The position numbers and the translations under genes are program-made. A stretch of 64,000 nt of DNA, taken from the NCBI GenBank assembly GCA_963776245.1, contig CAVZLN010000004.1, positions 224,001 to 288,000 of the forward strand, in the 5' to 3' direction. This document shows positions 30,914-40,883 of the stretch, one piece after another (position 1 is the first letter of the stretch; each line of letters begins with the position of its first letter). The stretch comes from Candidatus Eiseniibacteriota bacterium (GTDB lineage Bacteria; Eisenbacteria; RBG-16-71-46). Below the pieces are notes generated by a model. It was not told the origin of the DNA, did not search any database, and worked only from the letters and a program-made list of their open reading frames with translations.

Positions 30914-32767
30914 TCAGCGGGCGCCGTCGAGCACCTGGAGGCAGTTCTCGAAGCGACCGAAGGACGGCATCAGGTACACCCCATTCGCCATGCCTTTGCA
31001 GCGCGCCAGCAGGTCCTGCGCCAGCTCGACGCCGACCTTCTGCCCTTCGTTGCCGGCGTCGTGCATGCGCGCGCGGATCCACTCGGGCACCGAGATCCCG
31101 GGCACCTCGTTGTGCAGGAACTCCGCGTGGCGGTACGACTGGAGCGGCAGCAAGCCGATGAGGATGGGGATGTCGGTGAGCCCGCTGAGGCGCGCGCGGA
31201 AGCGCTCCCAGCACTCGAGCTCGTAGACCGGCTGGGTCATGACGAAGTGCGGGCCGGCGTCGAGCTTGCGCTTGACCCGCTCGAACTCGGCGTCGAGGTC
31301 CGCGGCGGTGGGATTCACGCCGCACCCGATGGCGAATCCCGTGGCCGCGCCGATCGAGGTGCCGGCGAGGTCGGTGCCGCGATTCATGCCGTGCACGATC
31401 CTCATCAGGCCCACGGCGTCGGTGTCGAACACCGCGGTGGCGTTCGGGTAGTCCCCGAGGCTCGGCGGGTCGCCGGTCAGGCACAGGATGTTGCGCAGGC
31501 CGATGGCGTGGGCCCCGAGCAGGTCGCTCTGGAGGCCCATCAGGTTCCGATCGCGCGTGGTGAAGTGCAGGATGATGTCGAGGCGCGGGAACTGGGTGCG
31601 GATCTGGAAGGCGAGCGACATCGCGCTCATGCGGATGCGCGCCATCGGGGAATCGGCGATGTTCACCGCGTCCACGCCGCGCTCGGCCATCAAGCGCGCG
31701 CCCTCGAGCACCTTCGCGGTGTTCACGCCCCGCGGCGGATCGATCTCGACCGACACCAGGAACTTCTCGCGCATCCGGCGCAGCAGCGCCGGTTCCTCGG
31801 TGCGCGCGCCTGCCTCGGCCGGGGCGGGTGCCGCCTGGAGCACGTGGACCTCGGCGCCCGGGGCGAGCTTCTCGGCCACCAGGTGCGAGGCGAGCCGCTC
31901 GCGCATGGCCTGGATGTGCGCGGGCGTGGTGCCGCAGCACCCGCCGACGATGGTGGCGCCGGCCGCGATCGCGCGGGCCGCGAACTCCCCGAAGTACTCG
32001 GGGCTCGACATGTAGAGGAAGCGGCCGTCCACGAAATGGGGCAGGCCCGCGTTCGGCATCACCGCGACCGGCGTGCCCTCGGCGGCCGCCGCGACCTCCT
32101 CGAGCACCTCGAGCGTGGCCTGGGGGCCGACGCCGCAATTCACGCCCACGACGTCGGCGCCCGCCTGCTTGAGGGCGCGCACCGCGAGCGCCGGGGTATG
32201 GCCGTAGAGCGTCTTGCCGTCCTCGCCGAAAGTCATCTGGGCGATGATCGGCAGGTCGAGCGAGACCCTCCGCACCGCGCGCAACGCGGCCAGCACCTCG
32301 TTGAGGTCCTGGAAGGTCTCGAGGATGAACGCGTCGCAGCCGCCCTCGAGCAGGCCCTCGGCGGTGGCCCGGAAGCACTGTTCGGCCTCGGCGACGGTGA
32401 TGTGGCCGAACGGCTCGAGCGGCTTGCCGAGGGGCCCGATCGAGCCGGCGACGAACGCGTCGCGCCCCACGATCTCGCGCGCGGCGCGCGCCACCTTGAC
32501 GCCCTGGCGGGCGATCAGGCGCACCTTGTCCGCGAGCCCGTGCGGGGCCAGGCGCACCGCGTTGGCGCCGAAGGTGTTGGTCTCGATCAGCTCCGCGCCC
32601 GCGGCGAGGTAGTCCCGGTGGACCGATTCGACCAGCGTGGGTTTCGACAGATTGAGCGCGTCGAACGACTGGTCGAAGGGCACGCCCCGCTGGTAGAGGA
32701 GCGTGCCCATCGCGCCGTCGGCGAGCAGCGGTCCGCGCGCCAGTCGCTGCAGGAATGGGGAGGCCAT
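30914..32767 (-). CDS. yitJ: Bifunctional homocysteine S-methyltransferase / methylenetetrahydrofolate reductase
   Basis: DGAMGT, ETNTFGAN, GVNC, PNAG, GGCCGTTP; MTHFR half VEIDPP, RDRN, TGDP, TQPVY. Confidence 0.92.
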   Translation of the reverse strand: MASPFLQRLARGPLLADGAMGTLLYQRGVPFDQSFDALNLSKPTLVESVHRDYLAAGAELIETNTFGANAVRLAPHGLADKVRLIARQGVKVARAAREIVGRDAFVAGSIGPLGKPLEPFGHITVAEAEQCFRATAEGLLEGGCDAFILETFQDLNEVLAALRAVRRVSLDLPIIAQMTFGEDGKTLYGHTPALAVRALKQAGADVVGVNCGVGPQATLEVLEEVAAAAEGTPVAVMPNAGLPHFVDGRFLYMSSPEYFGEFAARAIAAGATIVGGCCGTTPAHIQAMRERLASHLVAEKLAPGAEVHVLQAAPAPAEAGARTEEPALLRRMREKFLVSVEIDPPRGVNTAKVLEGARLMAERGVDAVNIADSPMARIRMSAMSLAFQIRTQFPRLDIILHFTTRDRNLMGLQSDLLGAHAIGLRNILCLTGDPPSLGDYPNATAVFDTDAVGLMRIVHGMNRGTDLAGTSIGAATGFAIGCGVNPTAADLDAEFERVKRKLDAGPHFVMTQPVYELECWERFRARLSGLTDIPILIGLLPLQSYRHAEFLHNEVPGISVPEWIRARMHDAGNEGQKVGVELAQDLLARCKGMANGVYLMPSFGRFENCLQVLDGAR

Positions 32768-32836
32768 GGAGGAACGACTCTACGGGCGCGACGCACGGGT
32801 TTCAAGCGGGGCGCCCCTCTGATAGAGTGCGCCGCC

Positions 32837-34669
32837 GTGAATCCACGCCCGTTCTGCGCGCTCGCGCTCGCCGCCGCGCTCGTCGGTCCACCGCGCCCTG
32901 TCGGCGCCGTTCCCAGCGTGCCCGTCCTCGGCGTGGACGACCTGCGCCCCGGGCAGGCCGCCGTGGTGCGTACGGTGTTCGAGGGCGCGCGAATCGACAC
33001 CTTCTCCGCGGTCATCCTCGGCGTGCTCCGCGGCGGGCGGGCGGACGGCGACATGATCCTGGCGCGTGCCACCTCCGAGCGCGTCGAGCGCACCGGCGTG
33101 GCCGCGGGCATGAGCGGCTCGCCGGTCTACGTGGATGGCCGGCTGATCGGCGCGCTCTCCTCGGGATGGCAGTTCACCCGCGAGCCGATCTTCGGGATCA
33201 CCCCGATCGGCGACATGCTCGCCGTGCTCGACCTGCCCGAGGCACCGGCGGGCGAACCGAGCAACGGCCCGGCGGGAGCGGAACTCGAACGCGCCGCCGG
33301 AGCGCGCTTCCGCGAGTTCCACTGGAGCGACGACGACGCGCCGGCCGCGCCCGAGGTCCCGGCGGGCGCCCCGCTCGTGGAATCGCTCGCCGCGCGCCGT
33401 CTCCCGCTGCCGCTGGTGTGCTCGGGCCTGCGGCCCGAGGCGCTCGGTGCGCTGGCGCAGGCGCTCGCGCCGCTCGGCTTCGAGGCCGTCCCGGGCGGCC
33501 GCGCCGCCGGCGGCGGGCCGGCGCCCGACGCGCTGGTGCCGGGCGCCGCGGTGGCGGTGGACGTCATGCGCGGGGACCTCCAGCTGTCCGCCATCGGGAC
33601 CGTGACCTATCGCGACGGGGACCGCGTGCTCATCTTCGGGCACCCGTTCTTCCAGGCCGGCGACGTGCGTCTGCCGCTCTCCACCGCCGAGATCGTGACC
33701 GTCATCCCGAGCGCGGCGTCGTCGTTCAAGCTCGGGGTGCGCGGGCAGGCGGCGGGGGTCGCGACCCAGGACCGGCATTCCGCGGTGGCCGGACGCATCG
33801 GCGGTAGCGCGCGCCTGATGCCGCTGCGGGTCTCGGTCGCGGGAGCGAAGCGCCCGCGCCAGACGTTCCGTTTCGAGTGCATCGAGGACCGCCTGATGGC
33901 GCCGAGCCTGATCGCGGCGGCGGCCGCCAACAGCCTGCTCGAGAGCGGGGGCGCGAGCGGCGCGCAGACCCTGCGCTGGACGCTCCGCATCCATCGCCCC
34001 GGCGCCTCGCCGCTCACCCTGTCCGACGTCGCCGTCGGCGATTCGCCGCCCAACGACCTGGTCAGCGGCGTCACCGGGCCGCTCCGGTTCCTGCTCGGGA
34101 ATCCATTCGCGCGCGTCACCTTCGACAGCGTCACGGTGGACCTCGAGGTCGAGCCGTGGCGCGAACAGTGGACGCTGCGGAGCGCGCGCCTGCTGGATGC
34201 CGCGGTGCGACCGGGCGGGGTGGTGAGAGTGCGGGTCGAACTGGAGCGCTGGCGCGGCGGGCGCGAGACCCGCAGTGTCGAGCTGCGCATGCCCGAGGAG
34301 GCGCCCGAGGGGCGCTACACGCTCTACATCGGCGGCGGCGCCGAGTACACGCGCTACGAGGCCGTGCGGCTGCCGGCGCGCTACCGTCCGACCTCGCTCG
34401 ACGAGGCGTGGGAGCGGCTGCGGGGCTCGCGCGCCTCGGACGGGCTCTACCTCGCCCTGTACGCGCGCGCCACCGAGATGACGTCGGATGGCCGCGACTA
34501 TCCCGAGCTCCCGCTCTCGGCGCTCACGGTGTTCGCCAGCGGGCAGAGCGCCGGGGAACGCGGCCGCCGCGGGGAGGCCGCGGTGCTCGACGAACAACGC
34601 GCCCGGATCGCCGGTCCGGTGCGGGGCGAGTTGCTGCTCAACGTGACCGTGGACCGCAGGACCCCATGA
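32837..34669 (+). CDS. Exported SpoIVB-like peptidase S55 domain protein
   Basis: Signal peptide; GVAAGMSGSPVYVDGRLIGA; AIGTVT...FGHPF. Confidence 0.85.
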   Translation: MNPRPFCALALAAALVGPPRPVGAVPSVPVLGVDDLRPGQAAVVRTVFEGARIDTFSAVILGVLRGGRADGDMILARATSERVERTGVAAGMSGSPVYVDGRLIGALSSGWQFTREPIFGITPIGDMLAVLDLPEAPAGEPSNGPAGAELERAAGARFREFHWSDDDAPAAPEVPAGAPLVESLAARRLPLPLVCSGLRPEALGALAQALAPLGFEAVPGGRAAGGGPAPDALVPGAAVAVDVMRGDLQLSAIGTVTYRDGDRVLIFGHPFFQAGDVRLPLSTAEIVTVIPSAASSFKLGVRGQAAGVATQDRHSAVAGRIGGSARLMPLRVSVAGAKRPRQTFRFECIEDRLMAPSLIAAAAANSLLESGGASGAQTLRWTLRIHRPGASPLTLSDVAVGDSPPNDLVSGVTGPLRFLLGNPFARVTFDSVTVDLEVEPWREQWTLRSARLLDAAVRPGGVVRVRVELERWRGGRETRSVELRMPEEAPEGRYTLYIGGGAEYTRYEAVRLPARYRPTSLDEAWERLRGSRASDGLYLALYARATEMTSDGRDYPELPLSALTVFASGQSAGERGRRGEAAVLDEQRARIAGPVRGELLLNVTVDRRTP

Positions 34670-36807
34670 CCGCCGGAGGCACCGTGTCGTCCATCCCGAA
34701 CCGCCCGGGGGCCCGCTTCGCGTGTGCCCTGCTGCTGGTCATCCTCGCCGCGGATCTCGCGGCCGCCGCCGATACGCAGTGGTGGATCGCCAACAGCGTG
34801 GCGGAGTACTCCAAGTCGGAGTCCCGCGGGGTCGTGGTGCGGCCGGACGGCTCGCTCGAGATCGGCCCCGCGACCCTCCAGAGCCGCGCCGACAGCCTCA
34901 CCGTGGTGTGGGCGGTGGCGGTGCTCAAGGACGGATCGGTGGCCCTCGGAGGGGACCGCGGGCGCATCGACCGCTGGACGCCCGAAGGCGGGATCCGGCC
35001 GTGGACCCGGGTCGCGAGCGGTCAGGTGCTCTGCCTGGCGGCCGATGGCGACGGGGTGGTGGCGGGCACCGGTCCGGACGGCGTGGTGTGGCGCCTGTCG
35101 GCGAAGGGGGACACCAGCCGCATCGCGAGCACCGGCGAGCGCTACGTGTGGGCACTGGCGCCCGCGCCGAAGGGGGGATGGTGGGCGGCCTCCGGCACGC
35201 GCGGCCGCCTGCTGCGGATCGTCGCGGGCAAGGTGAGCATCGTGCTCGACACCGACGAGAGCAACCTCGTGTGCCTGCTGCCCGATGGGCACGGGGGGGT
35301 GTACGCCGGGGGAGACTCGCGCGGACGCATCGTGCAGGTGACGGCCGACGGCACGCCGCGCACGGTGTTCGACGCGTCCGAGGACGAGATCCGGGCGCTG
35401 GCGATCGGCCGGGACGGGGCGCTCTACGCCGCCGCCCTGAGCGCCTCGGCGGTGAATGAAGAAGACGAGCCGGACGGTCCGCGGCCGGCCGCCGCGGCGG
35501 TCACCGGCGGGCGCGCGGTGATCTACCGCGTGGTGCCCGACTCGTCCGCGTACACGTTCTGGACCTCGCCCCAGCCGTTCGTGTTCGCGCTCCAGCCGAC
35601 CGCGGACGGCATCGTCGCCGCCACCGGCGGGCGCGCGGCGCTCTACCGGCTCGGGTCGGAGGGCGGAGCCACCCAGTTGCTCGCGTTGCCCCAGGGCCAG
35701 GTCACTGCCCTCGCCACCGGCGCGGATGGACGGCTCTACGCCGCGACCTCGAACCCGGCCGGGCTGTGGCGCGTGGGTCCGGGCCGGGCGGAGAAGGGCG
35801 AGTTGCTCTCCCAGGTCTGGGACGCGCACCGCGTCGCGCGCTTCGGCTCGCTGCGCTGGATCGGGGACGCGAGCGGGGGTCGCGTAGAGCTGTTCGCGCG
35901 CTGCGGCAACACCGAACCTCCCGACACCACCTGGAGCGCGTGGCGGGGTGGGGCCGCCGCCGACGGCGCCGTCCGCCCCGACCTCGTGCCCGCGCGATTC
36001 ATGCAATGGAAGGTCGTGCTGACGGGCGGTGCGCCACGGCTGACCTCGGTCGAAGCCGCGTGGCGCGAACAGAATCAGCCGCCGCGGATCGAGGACCTGG
36101 TGGTGGCGCCGCAGGGCGGCGCGTTCCGCGAGGGCGACCTGACGCCGCGTTCGGAGTCGGTGACCCAGACCCTCCCGGGCGGGCAGAAGGTGGAGTACTC
36201 GATGCCCAGCTCCACGACTCCGAAGCAGCTGCGCGCCCTCCCCGCGTGGGCCCGCGGGCTGCGCACGGTGCAGTGGAAGGGTGTGGACCCGAATGGGGAC
36301 GCGCTGCGCTACCGGGTGGACGCGCGCCGCGAGCCCGGCGGTCCGTGGTTCAAGCTCGGTGACGACCTCGAGGACAGCGCGTTCACCTGGGACACCAACG
36401 CGCTGCCGGACGGCTACTACCGGCTGCGGGTGCAGGCGTCCGACCGGACGCGCAATGCGGTGGGGGAAGAGCGCACGGCGGAGGCGCTCTCCGAGCCGTT
36501 CACGCTCGACAACACCGCGCCCACGGTCAGCGCGCTCGAGGCGACCGCCGAGCCCGGCGCGATCCGCATCGCCGGGCGTGCCGAGGACGCGTTCAGCCCG
36601 CTCGCGCGCCTCGAGGCGACCGTGGACGACGGCGACTGGCGGACGGTGACCCCCGATGTCGGGCTGACCGACGAACGCGCGCTCTCGTTCCACGCCCGCC
36701 TCGACGGGGTCGAGCCGGGAGAGCACTCGGTGGGCGTGCGCGTCGTGGACCTGGCGGGCAACGCGGTCACCCGGGCCGCGCGCGTGACCGTTCCCAAGGC
36801 GCGCTGA
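34666..36807 (+). CDS. Exported beta-propeller + FN3/Ig-like protein
   Basis: Repeated blades (VWALA...AASGTRGRL); C-terminal DPNGD, WDT..LPDG.Y, DLAGN Ig-like motifs; ATGA-coupled to the S55 gene. Confidence 0.75.
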   Translation: MTAGGTVSSIPNRPGARFACALLLVILAADLAAAADTQWWIANSVAEYSKSESRGVVVRPDGSLEIGPATLQSRADSLTVVWAVAVLKDGSVALGGDRGRIDRWTPEGGIRPWTRVASGQVLCLAADGDGVVAGTGPDGVVWRLSAKGDTSRIASTGERYVWALAPAPKGGWWAASGTRGRLLRIVAGKVSIVLDTDESNLVCLLPDGHGGVYAGGDSRGRIVQVTADGTPRTVFDASEDEIRALAIGRDGALYAAALSASAVNEEDEPDGPRPAAAAVTGGRAVIYRVVPDSSAYTFWTSPQPFVFALQPTADGIVAATGGRAALYRLGSEGGATQLLALPQGQVTALATGADGRLYAATSNPAGLWRVGPGRAEKGELLSQVWDAHRVARFGSLRWIGDASGGRVELFARCGNTEPPDTTWSAWRGGAAADGAVRPDLVPARFMQWKVVLTGGAPRLTSVEAAWREQNQPPRIEDLVVAPQGGAFREGDLTPRSESVTQTLPGGQKVEYSMPSSTTPKQLRALPAWARGLRTVQWKGVDPNGDALRYRVDARREPGGPWFKLGDDLEDSAFTWDTNALPDGYYRLRVQASDRTRNAVGEERTAEALSEPFTLDNTAPTVSALEATAEPGAIRIAGRAEDAFSPLARLEATVDDGDWRTVTPDVGLTDERALSFHARLDGVEPGEHSVGVRVVDLAGNAVTRAARVTVPKAR

Positions 36808-36849
36808 GCGTCCTGCGCCGTTCGGCCGTCTGACGAAGGGGCCGTCTCC

Positions 36850-38766
36850 ATGTTCCGACCGCTGCTCGAAGCGATCCGGTCCGAGGTCTCGGGCGCCCGC
36901 GCGCTCGAGAACGTCCAGGCGCTCGCGCGCTTCCATCGCATCCAGGCCAGCCCCGGATACGACGAGGCCGCTGCCTGGCTCGCCGGCGTGCTCGACACGC
37001 TGGAATGCGTCACCGAGATCGACCACGCGCCGGGGGACGGGCGCACGCGCATTCTCGGCGCGCTCATGCCGGAGGGCTGGTGGTGCGATCACGCCACCGC
37101 GACCCTGATCGACGGCGCCCACCGCGAGACGGTGTGCGACTGGTCGACCCTGCGACTCTCGCTGATCCAGCGCAGCGCGCCGGCCCACGGACGCTTCCCG
37201 ATGGTCGACGTGGGGGAGGGCACCGAGGCCGAGCACTACGCCGGGCTCGACGTCCGGGGCGCCGTCGTGCTGGCGGCTGGCCCGGCGATGCGCGTGCACG
37301 CGCTGGCGATCGAAGAGCGCGGCGCCGCCGGCATTCTCACCGACACGCGCCGCCTGGTGGACCCGGTGCGCACCGCGGACACCGATCCGGACGCGGTCGC
37401 GTACACCTCGTTCTGGTGGTCGGGCGAGGCACCGCGCGGCTGGGGGTTCGCCGTGAGCCCGCGCGTCGCCGCCGCGCTGCGCGAGCGGTTGCGCGGCGGC
37501 GCGCGACTCGCGCTCGACGCGGAGATCCGTTCCCGCGCGTTCACGGCGCGGATCCCCCTGCTTTCCGCGCTGCTCCCCGGCGAGCTCCCGGGCGAGGCGC
37601 TGGTGGTCGCGCATCTGTGTCACCCGGAGCCCTCGGCCAACGACAACGCGTCCGGGGTCGCGGCGTCGCTGGAAGCACTGCGCGCCCTGATCGCGCTGCG
37701 GGCGCGGGGCGCGTTCCCGGCCGCGCGCTCGCGCACGGTGCGATTCCTGTGGGTCCCCGAGATCACCGGCACGCATGCGTGGCTCGGCGGGGACCCCGGC
37801 CGCCCGGTGCGCGTGACGGCGGCGCTCGGCCTCGACATGGTGGGTGCCGACCAGGAGGCGGTGGGGAGCACGTTCCTGCTCGAGCATCCGCCCTGCTTCG
37901 CCGCCTCGTTCGCCGAGGAGCTGATGGCCCGCATCCGCGCGGAGGCGGTCGACTGGGTGAACTCCTACAGCGGTCCCGGGTACGTGCCGCGCACGCGCAT
38001 GGCCGAGGTGCCGTACTCGGGCGGGAGCGACCACGCGGTGTTCATCGACCCCGGGCTCGGCGTGCCCTGCCCGCTGCTCATCCAGTGGCCCGACCGCTAC
38101 TACCATTCCTCGCTCGACACCCCCGAGCGCTGCGACCCCCGCTCGCTCGCGCTGAGCGCGCGGTGTGCGGCGACCTACGCCGCCTTCGTCGCCGCCGCCG
38201 GCCCCGACGAGACGCGCTGGCTGTTGGGCGCGTGCGCGCGCGGGGCGCGCCGCCGTCTGCTCGCCGCCGCGGACGCCCCGGCGGCCGAGCGCCAGGTGGC
38301 GCGCGAACGCCTGCGGGCCCACGCGGCGTTCGCCAGCCTCGCGCGGCTCGGGCTTCCCGCCGACGAGGTCACCGGGTCCATCCGCGCGCTCGGCGAGTTC
38401 GTGAAGCGCGAGGGACTGCCCGCGCACGCCGCACTCCCGGAGGGCCACGCCGATCCCGCGGGCAGCGCGGGGCGCGCCGCACGGCCGCGGCGTGCGACCG
38501 GCGCGCCGCTCGACATGATGCGTCACCTGTTGCCGGGCTGGAGGGACCTGACCCGCGAGGAGCGCGAGCGCTGGCGCGCCGACGATGCCGAGGTGCCGGG
38601 CGGCGCCACCACCCTCGAGCTGGCATGGTACGCCGCCGACGGCGAGCGCACCCTCGGCCAGATCGCGGTCATGGTCTGGCTCGAGAGCGGGGTGTACGCG
38701 CCCGGCGCGCTCGAGCGCTTCTTCGGCTGGACGGCACGCCTGGGACTCTCGCACCTGGAGGGATGA
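36850..38766 (+). CDS. M28-family peptidase with PA domain (DUF4910-like)
   Basis: AHLCHP, ANDNASG, LDMVG, GSDH, YHSSLD. Confidence 0.82.
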   Translation: MFRPLLEAIRSEVSGARALENVQALARFHRIQASPGYDEAAAWLAGVLDTLECVTEIDHAPGDGRTRILGALMPEGWWCDHATATLIDGAHRETVCDWSTLRLSLIQRSAPAHGRFPMVDVGEGTEAEHYAGLDVRGAVVLAAGPAMRVHALAIEERGAAGILTDTRRLVDPVRTADTDPDAVAYTSFWWSGEAPRGWGFAVSPRVAAALRERLRGGARLALDAEIRSRAFTARIPLLSALLPGELPGEALVVAHLCHPEPSANDNASGVAASLEALRALIALRARGAFPAARSRTVRFLWVPEITGTHAWLGGDPGRPVRVTAALGLDMVGADQEAVGSTFLLEHPPCFAASFAEELMARIRAEAVDWVNSYSGPGYVPRTRMAEVPYSGGSDHAVFIDPGLGVPCPLLIQWPDRYYHSSLDTPERCDPRSLALSARCAATYAAFVAAAGPDETRWLLGACARGARRRLLAAADAPAAERQVARERLRAHAAFASLARLGLPADEVTGSIRALGEFVKREGLPAHAALPEGHADPAGSAGRAARPRRATGAPLDMMRHLLPGWRDLTREERERWRADDAEVPGGATTLELAWYAADGERTLGQIAVMVWLESGVYAPGALERFFGWTARLGLSHLEG

Positions 38767-38767
38767 G

Positions 38768-39193
38768 ATGGAGCACCGCCGCACCCGCTATGGCCACGTG
38801 CTGCGCCTCGATCCGGGGGAGGAGATCGTCACCGCGCTGCGCGAGTTCGCCGCGAGCGAGAACGTGCGCGCGGGAACGCTCTCCGGCATCGGTGCCGCCG
38901 GCGACATCGAACTGGGCTACTTCATCCGCGCCACGCGGGAGTACGTGCGACGCACGTTCCCGGGCGAGTGGGAGATCGTCGCGCTCACCGGGAACCTGAG
39001 CGAACTCGAGGGGGTGCCCTTCCCGCACTGTCACATGACGCTGGGGGGCGAGGACTTCTCGGCGCACGGCGGACACCTGTTCCGGGCCACCGTCACGGTG
39101 ACGTGCGAGATCCACATCGTCACCGACCCCGACCCGATCCGCCGGGTGGCGCGCCCCGACCTCGGCTACAACCCGCTCGCTCCGCGCGGGTGA
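38768..39193 (+). CDS. PPC/DUF296 domain protein
   Basis: LRLDPGEEI, SGIGA, EIVALTGN, HCH, GGHL. Confidence 0.88.
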   Translation: MEHRRTRYGHVLRLDPGEEIVTALREFAASENVRAGTLSGIGAAGDIELGYFIRATREYVRRTFPGEWEIVALTGNLSELEGVPFPHCHMTLGGEDFSAHGGHLFRATVTVTCEIHIVTDPDPIRRVARPDLGYNPLAPRG

Positions 39194-39957
39194 GGGCGGC
39201 CGGCGCGGGCACGCGTGCGGCGGGGGCCGCGCCGGTTGGACGCCTTCTTCTGGTAGCGGGCGAGCGGCACGAGCTGGGCCTGCTGGATCGCCGCCTTCGG
39301 GCCCGGATTGCGGCCGCCGCCGTTGGCGGCCGGCAGCGAGGGGTCGGACGCGAAGGCGGCGATCCGGTCCACCACGTCCATGCCGGCGATCACCGTGCCG
39401 AACACGGTGTACCCGCGGCGGTCGAGCTCCGCCGACGGCGCCACCTCGATGAAGAACTGCGAGCCGTTCGAAGCGCGCGTGGGGTTCTGGCCGTCTGCCG
39501 CACGCGCGGTCGCCACGGCGCCGCGGACGTGGCGCAGCTTGATCTCGGCCGGGACCCGGTAGGCCGGGCCACCGAGACCGTCGTTCGCGGGGTTGGCGTC
39601 CCGCGAGTTCGGGTCACCGCCCTGGATCATGAAGCCCGCGATCACGCGGTGGAAGCACGTGCCGTCGTAGAAGCCCTGTCCCACGAGCTTGCGGAAGTTG
39701 GCGCAGGTCTTCGGCGCGGCGGCGTCCTCGAGGCGGAGGACGATGTCGCCGAGGGCGGTCCGCAGCACGACGGCCTGCGCATCGGAGGGCGCCGGGGGCG
39801 GCGGCAGAGATGGCCGCAGCGGTCCGCTCGCGTGGCCGGCGCGGACCGGCGCCGGAGGTCCCGGCGCCTTCGCCGAGCGCGGCGCGGCCTTCACCGCGGC
39901 CTGGAGCGGGCTGGCGAGCAGCAGGGCGAGGCACGACGCGAAGAGCATTCGGGACAT
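39166..39957 (-). CDS. Exported cyclophilin-type peptidyl-prolyl isomerase
   Basis: APKTCANF, FYDGTCFHRVIAGFMIQGGDP, NGSQFFI, YTVFGTV. Confidence 0.92.
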   Translation of the reverse strand: MSRMLFASCLALLLASPLQAAVKAAPRSAKAPGPPAPVRAGHASGPLRPSLPPPPAPSDAQAVVLRTALGDIVLRLEDAAAPKTCANFRKLVGQGFYDGTCFHRVIAGFMIQGGDPNSRDANPANDGLGGPAYRVPAEIKLRHVRGAVATARAADGQNPTRASNGSQFFIEVAPSAELDRRGYTVFGTVIAGMDVVDRIAAFASDPSLPAANGGGRNPGPKAAIQQAQLVPLARYQKKASNRRGPRRTRARAGRPHPRGASGL

Positions 39958-40052
39958 CTTCGTTCCTCCGGAGGATCGTGGGGTGCGGTCCGCGGACGCC
40001 GCGGCGCGGTCAGGACGGGCCGGGAGTGCAGGGCAATGCGCGCGCGGACTTG

Positions 40053-40823
40053 CTATACTCCCCGCCGCTCCGCCGGGGACCGATCCCGGATCGCGGCGAC
40101 CGCCCACAGGCGGCCGGTGACACCGCGGTCGCGGCGGTGCGAGAAGTACCAGTAGGGCTCGCAGGCGGTGCACGCGCCGGTGTCGAAGATGCGCGACTCG
40201 GGCACCCCGGCGTCGATCAGGCCGCGGCGCGCCGCAGCCACGATGTCGAGGGTCCAGCGGTCGCCGCGGCGGGTGGCGAATGCGGCCGGGAAGCGTTCGA
40301 GCACGTCCTCGCGGACCTCGTAGCAGCAGCTCCGGATGCAGGGGCCGAGATGCACCGAGACGCGCTCCGGCGCGCAGGCCGCGGCGGCGGTCAAGGCGTC
40401 GAGCGCCGCCCGCGGCATGCCGGCGGCGATGCCCCGCCAGCCCGCGTGGGCGGCGGCCACCGCGCCGGGCGCATGATAGAGCAGGGCGAGACAGTCGGCG
40501 GTGGTCACCGCCAGCGCCAGGCCGGGCACGGTGGTGACGAGTGCGTCGCGGCCGGGGGAATGACCGGGGGCGGTCACGCGGGAGACGTCCGCGCCGTGCA
40601 CCTGGCCCGCGGTGGCGAGGGCGCTCACGCCAAGCGCGTCGAGCAGCCGGCGGCGGTTCTTCGCCACCGCGCCGTCGTCGTCGTCGGTGGATCGTCCGAG
40701 GTTGAGGGAGTCGTAGGGGGGCCGGCTGAACCCGTCACGACGGGTGGAGAAGGCGAGAACGCCGTCGCCGGGCGCGTCCCAGCGCCAGCGGGGCGGCGCG
40801 AGTCCGGCATCGAGCGTCCACAT
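40053..40823 (-). CDS. pgeF: YfiH/PgeF family (purine nucleoside phosphorylase / laccase-like) protein
   Basis: QVHG, TADC, HAGWRG, GPCI..CCYEV, CTAC, FSHRR. Confidence 0.9.
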   Translation of the reverse strand: MWTLDAGLAPPRWRWDAPGDGVLAFSTRRDGFSRPPYDSLNLGRSTDDDDGAVAKNRRRLLDALGVSALATAGQVHGADVSRVTAPGHSPGRDALVTTVPGLALAVTTADCLALLYHAPGAVAAAHAGWRGIAAGMPRAALDALTAAAACAPERVSVHLGPCIRSCCYEVREDVLERFPAAFATRRGDRWTLDIVAAARRGLIDAGVPESRIFDTGACTACEPYWYFSHRRDRGVTGRLWAVAAIRDRSPAERRGV

Positions 40824-40883
40824 GGCGCACGCAACCTAGAGAAGGGCCATCACACGGTCAAGCCACACGGCGGGAGGAGACAC

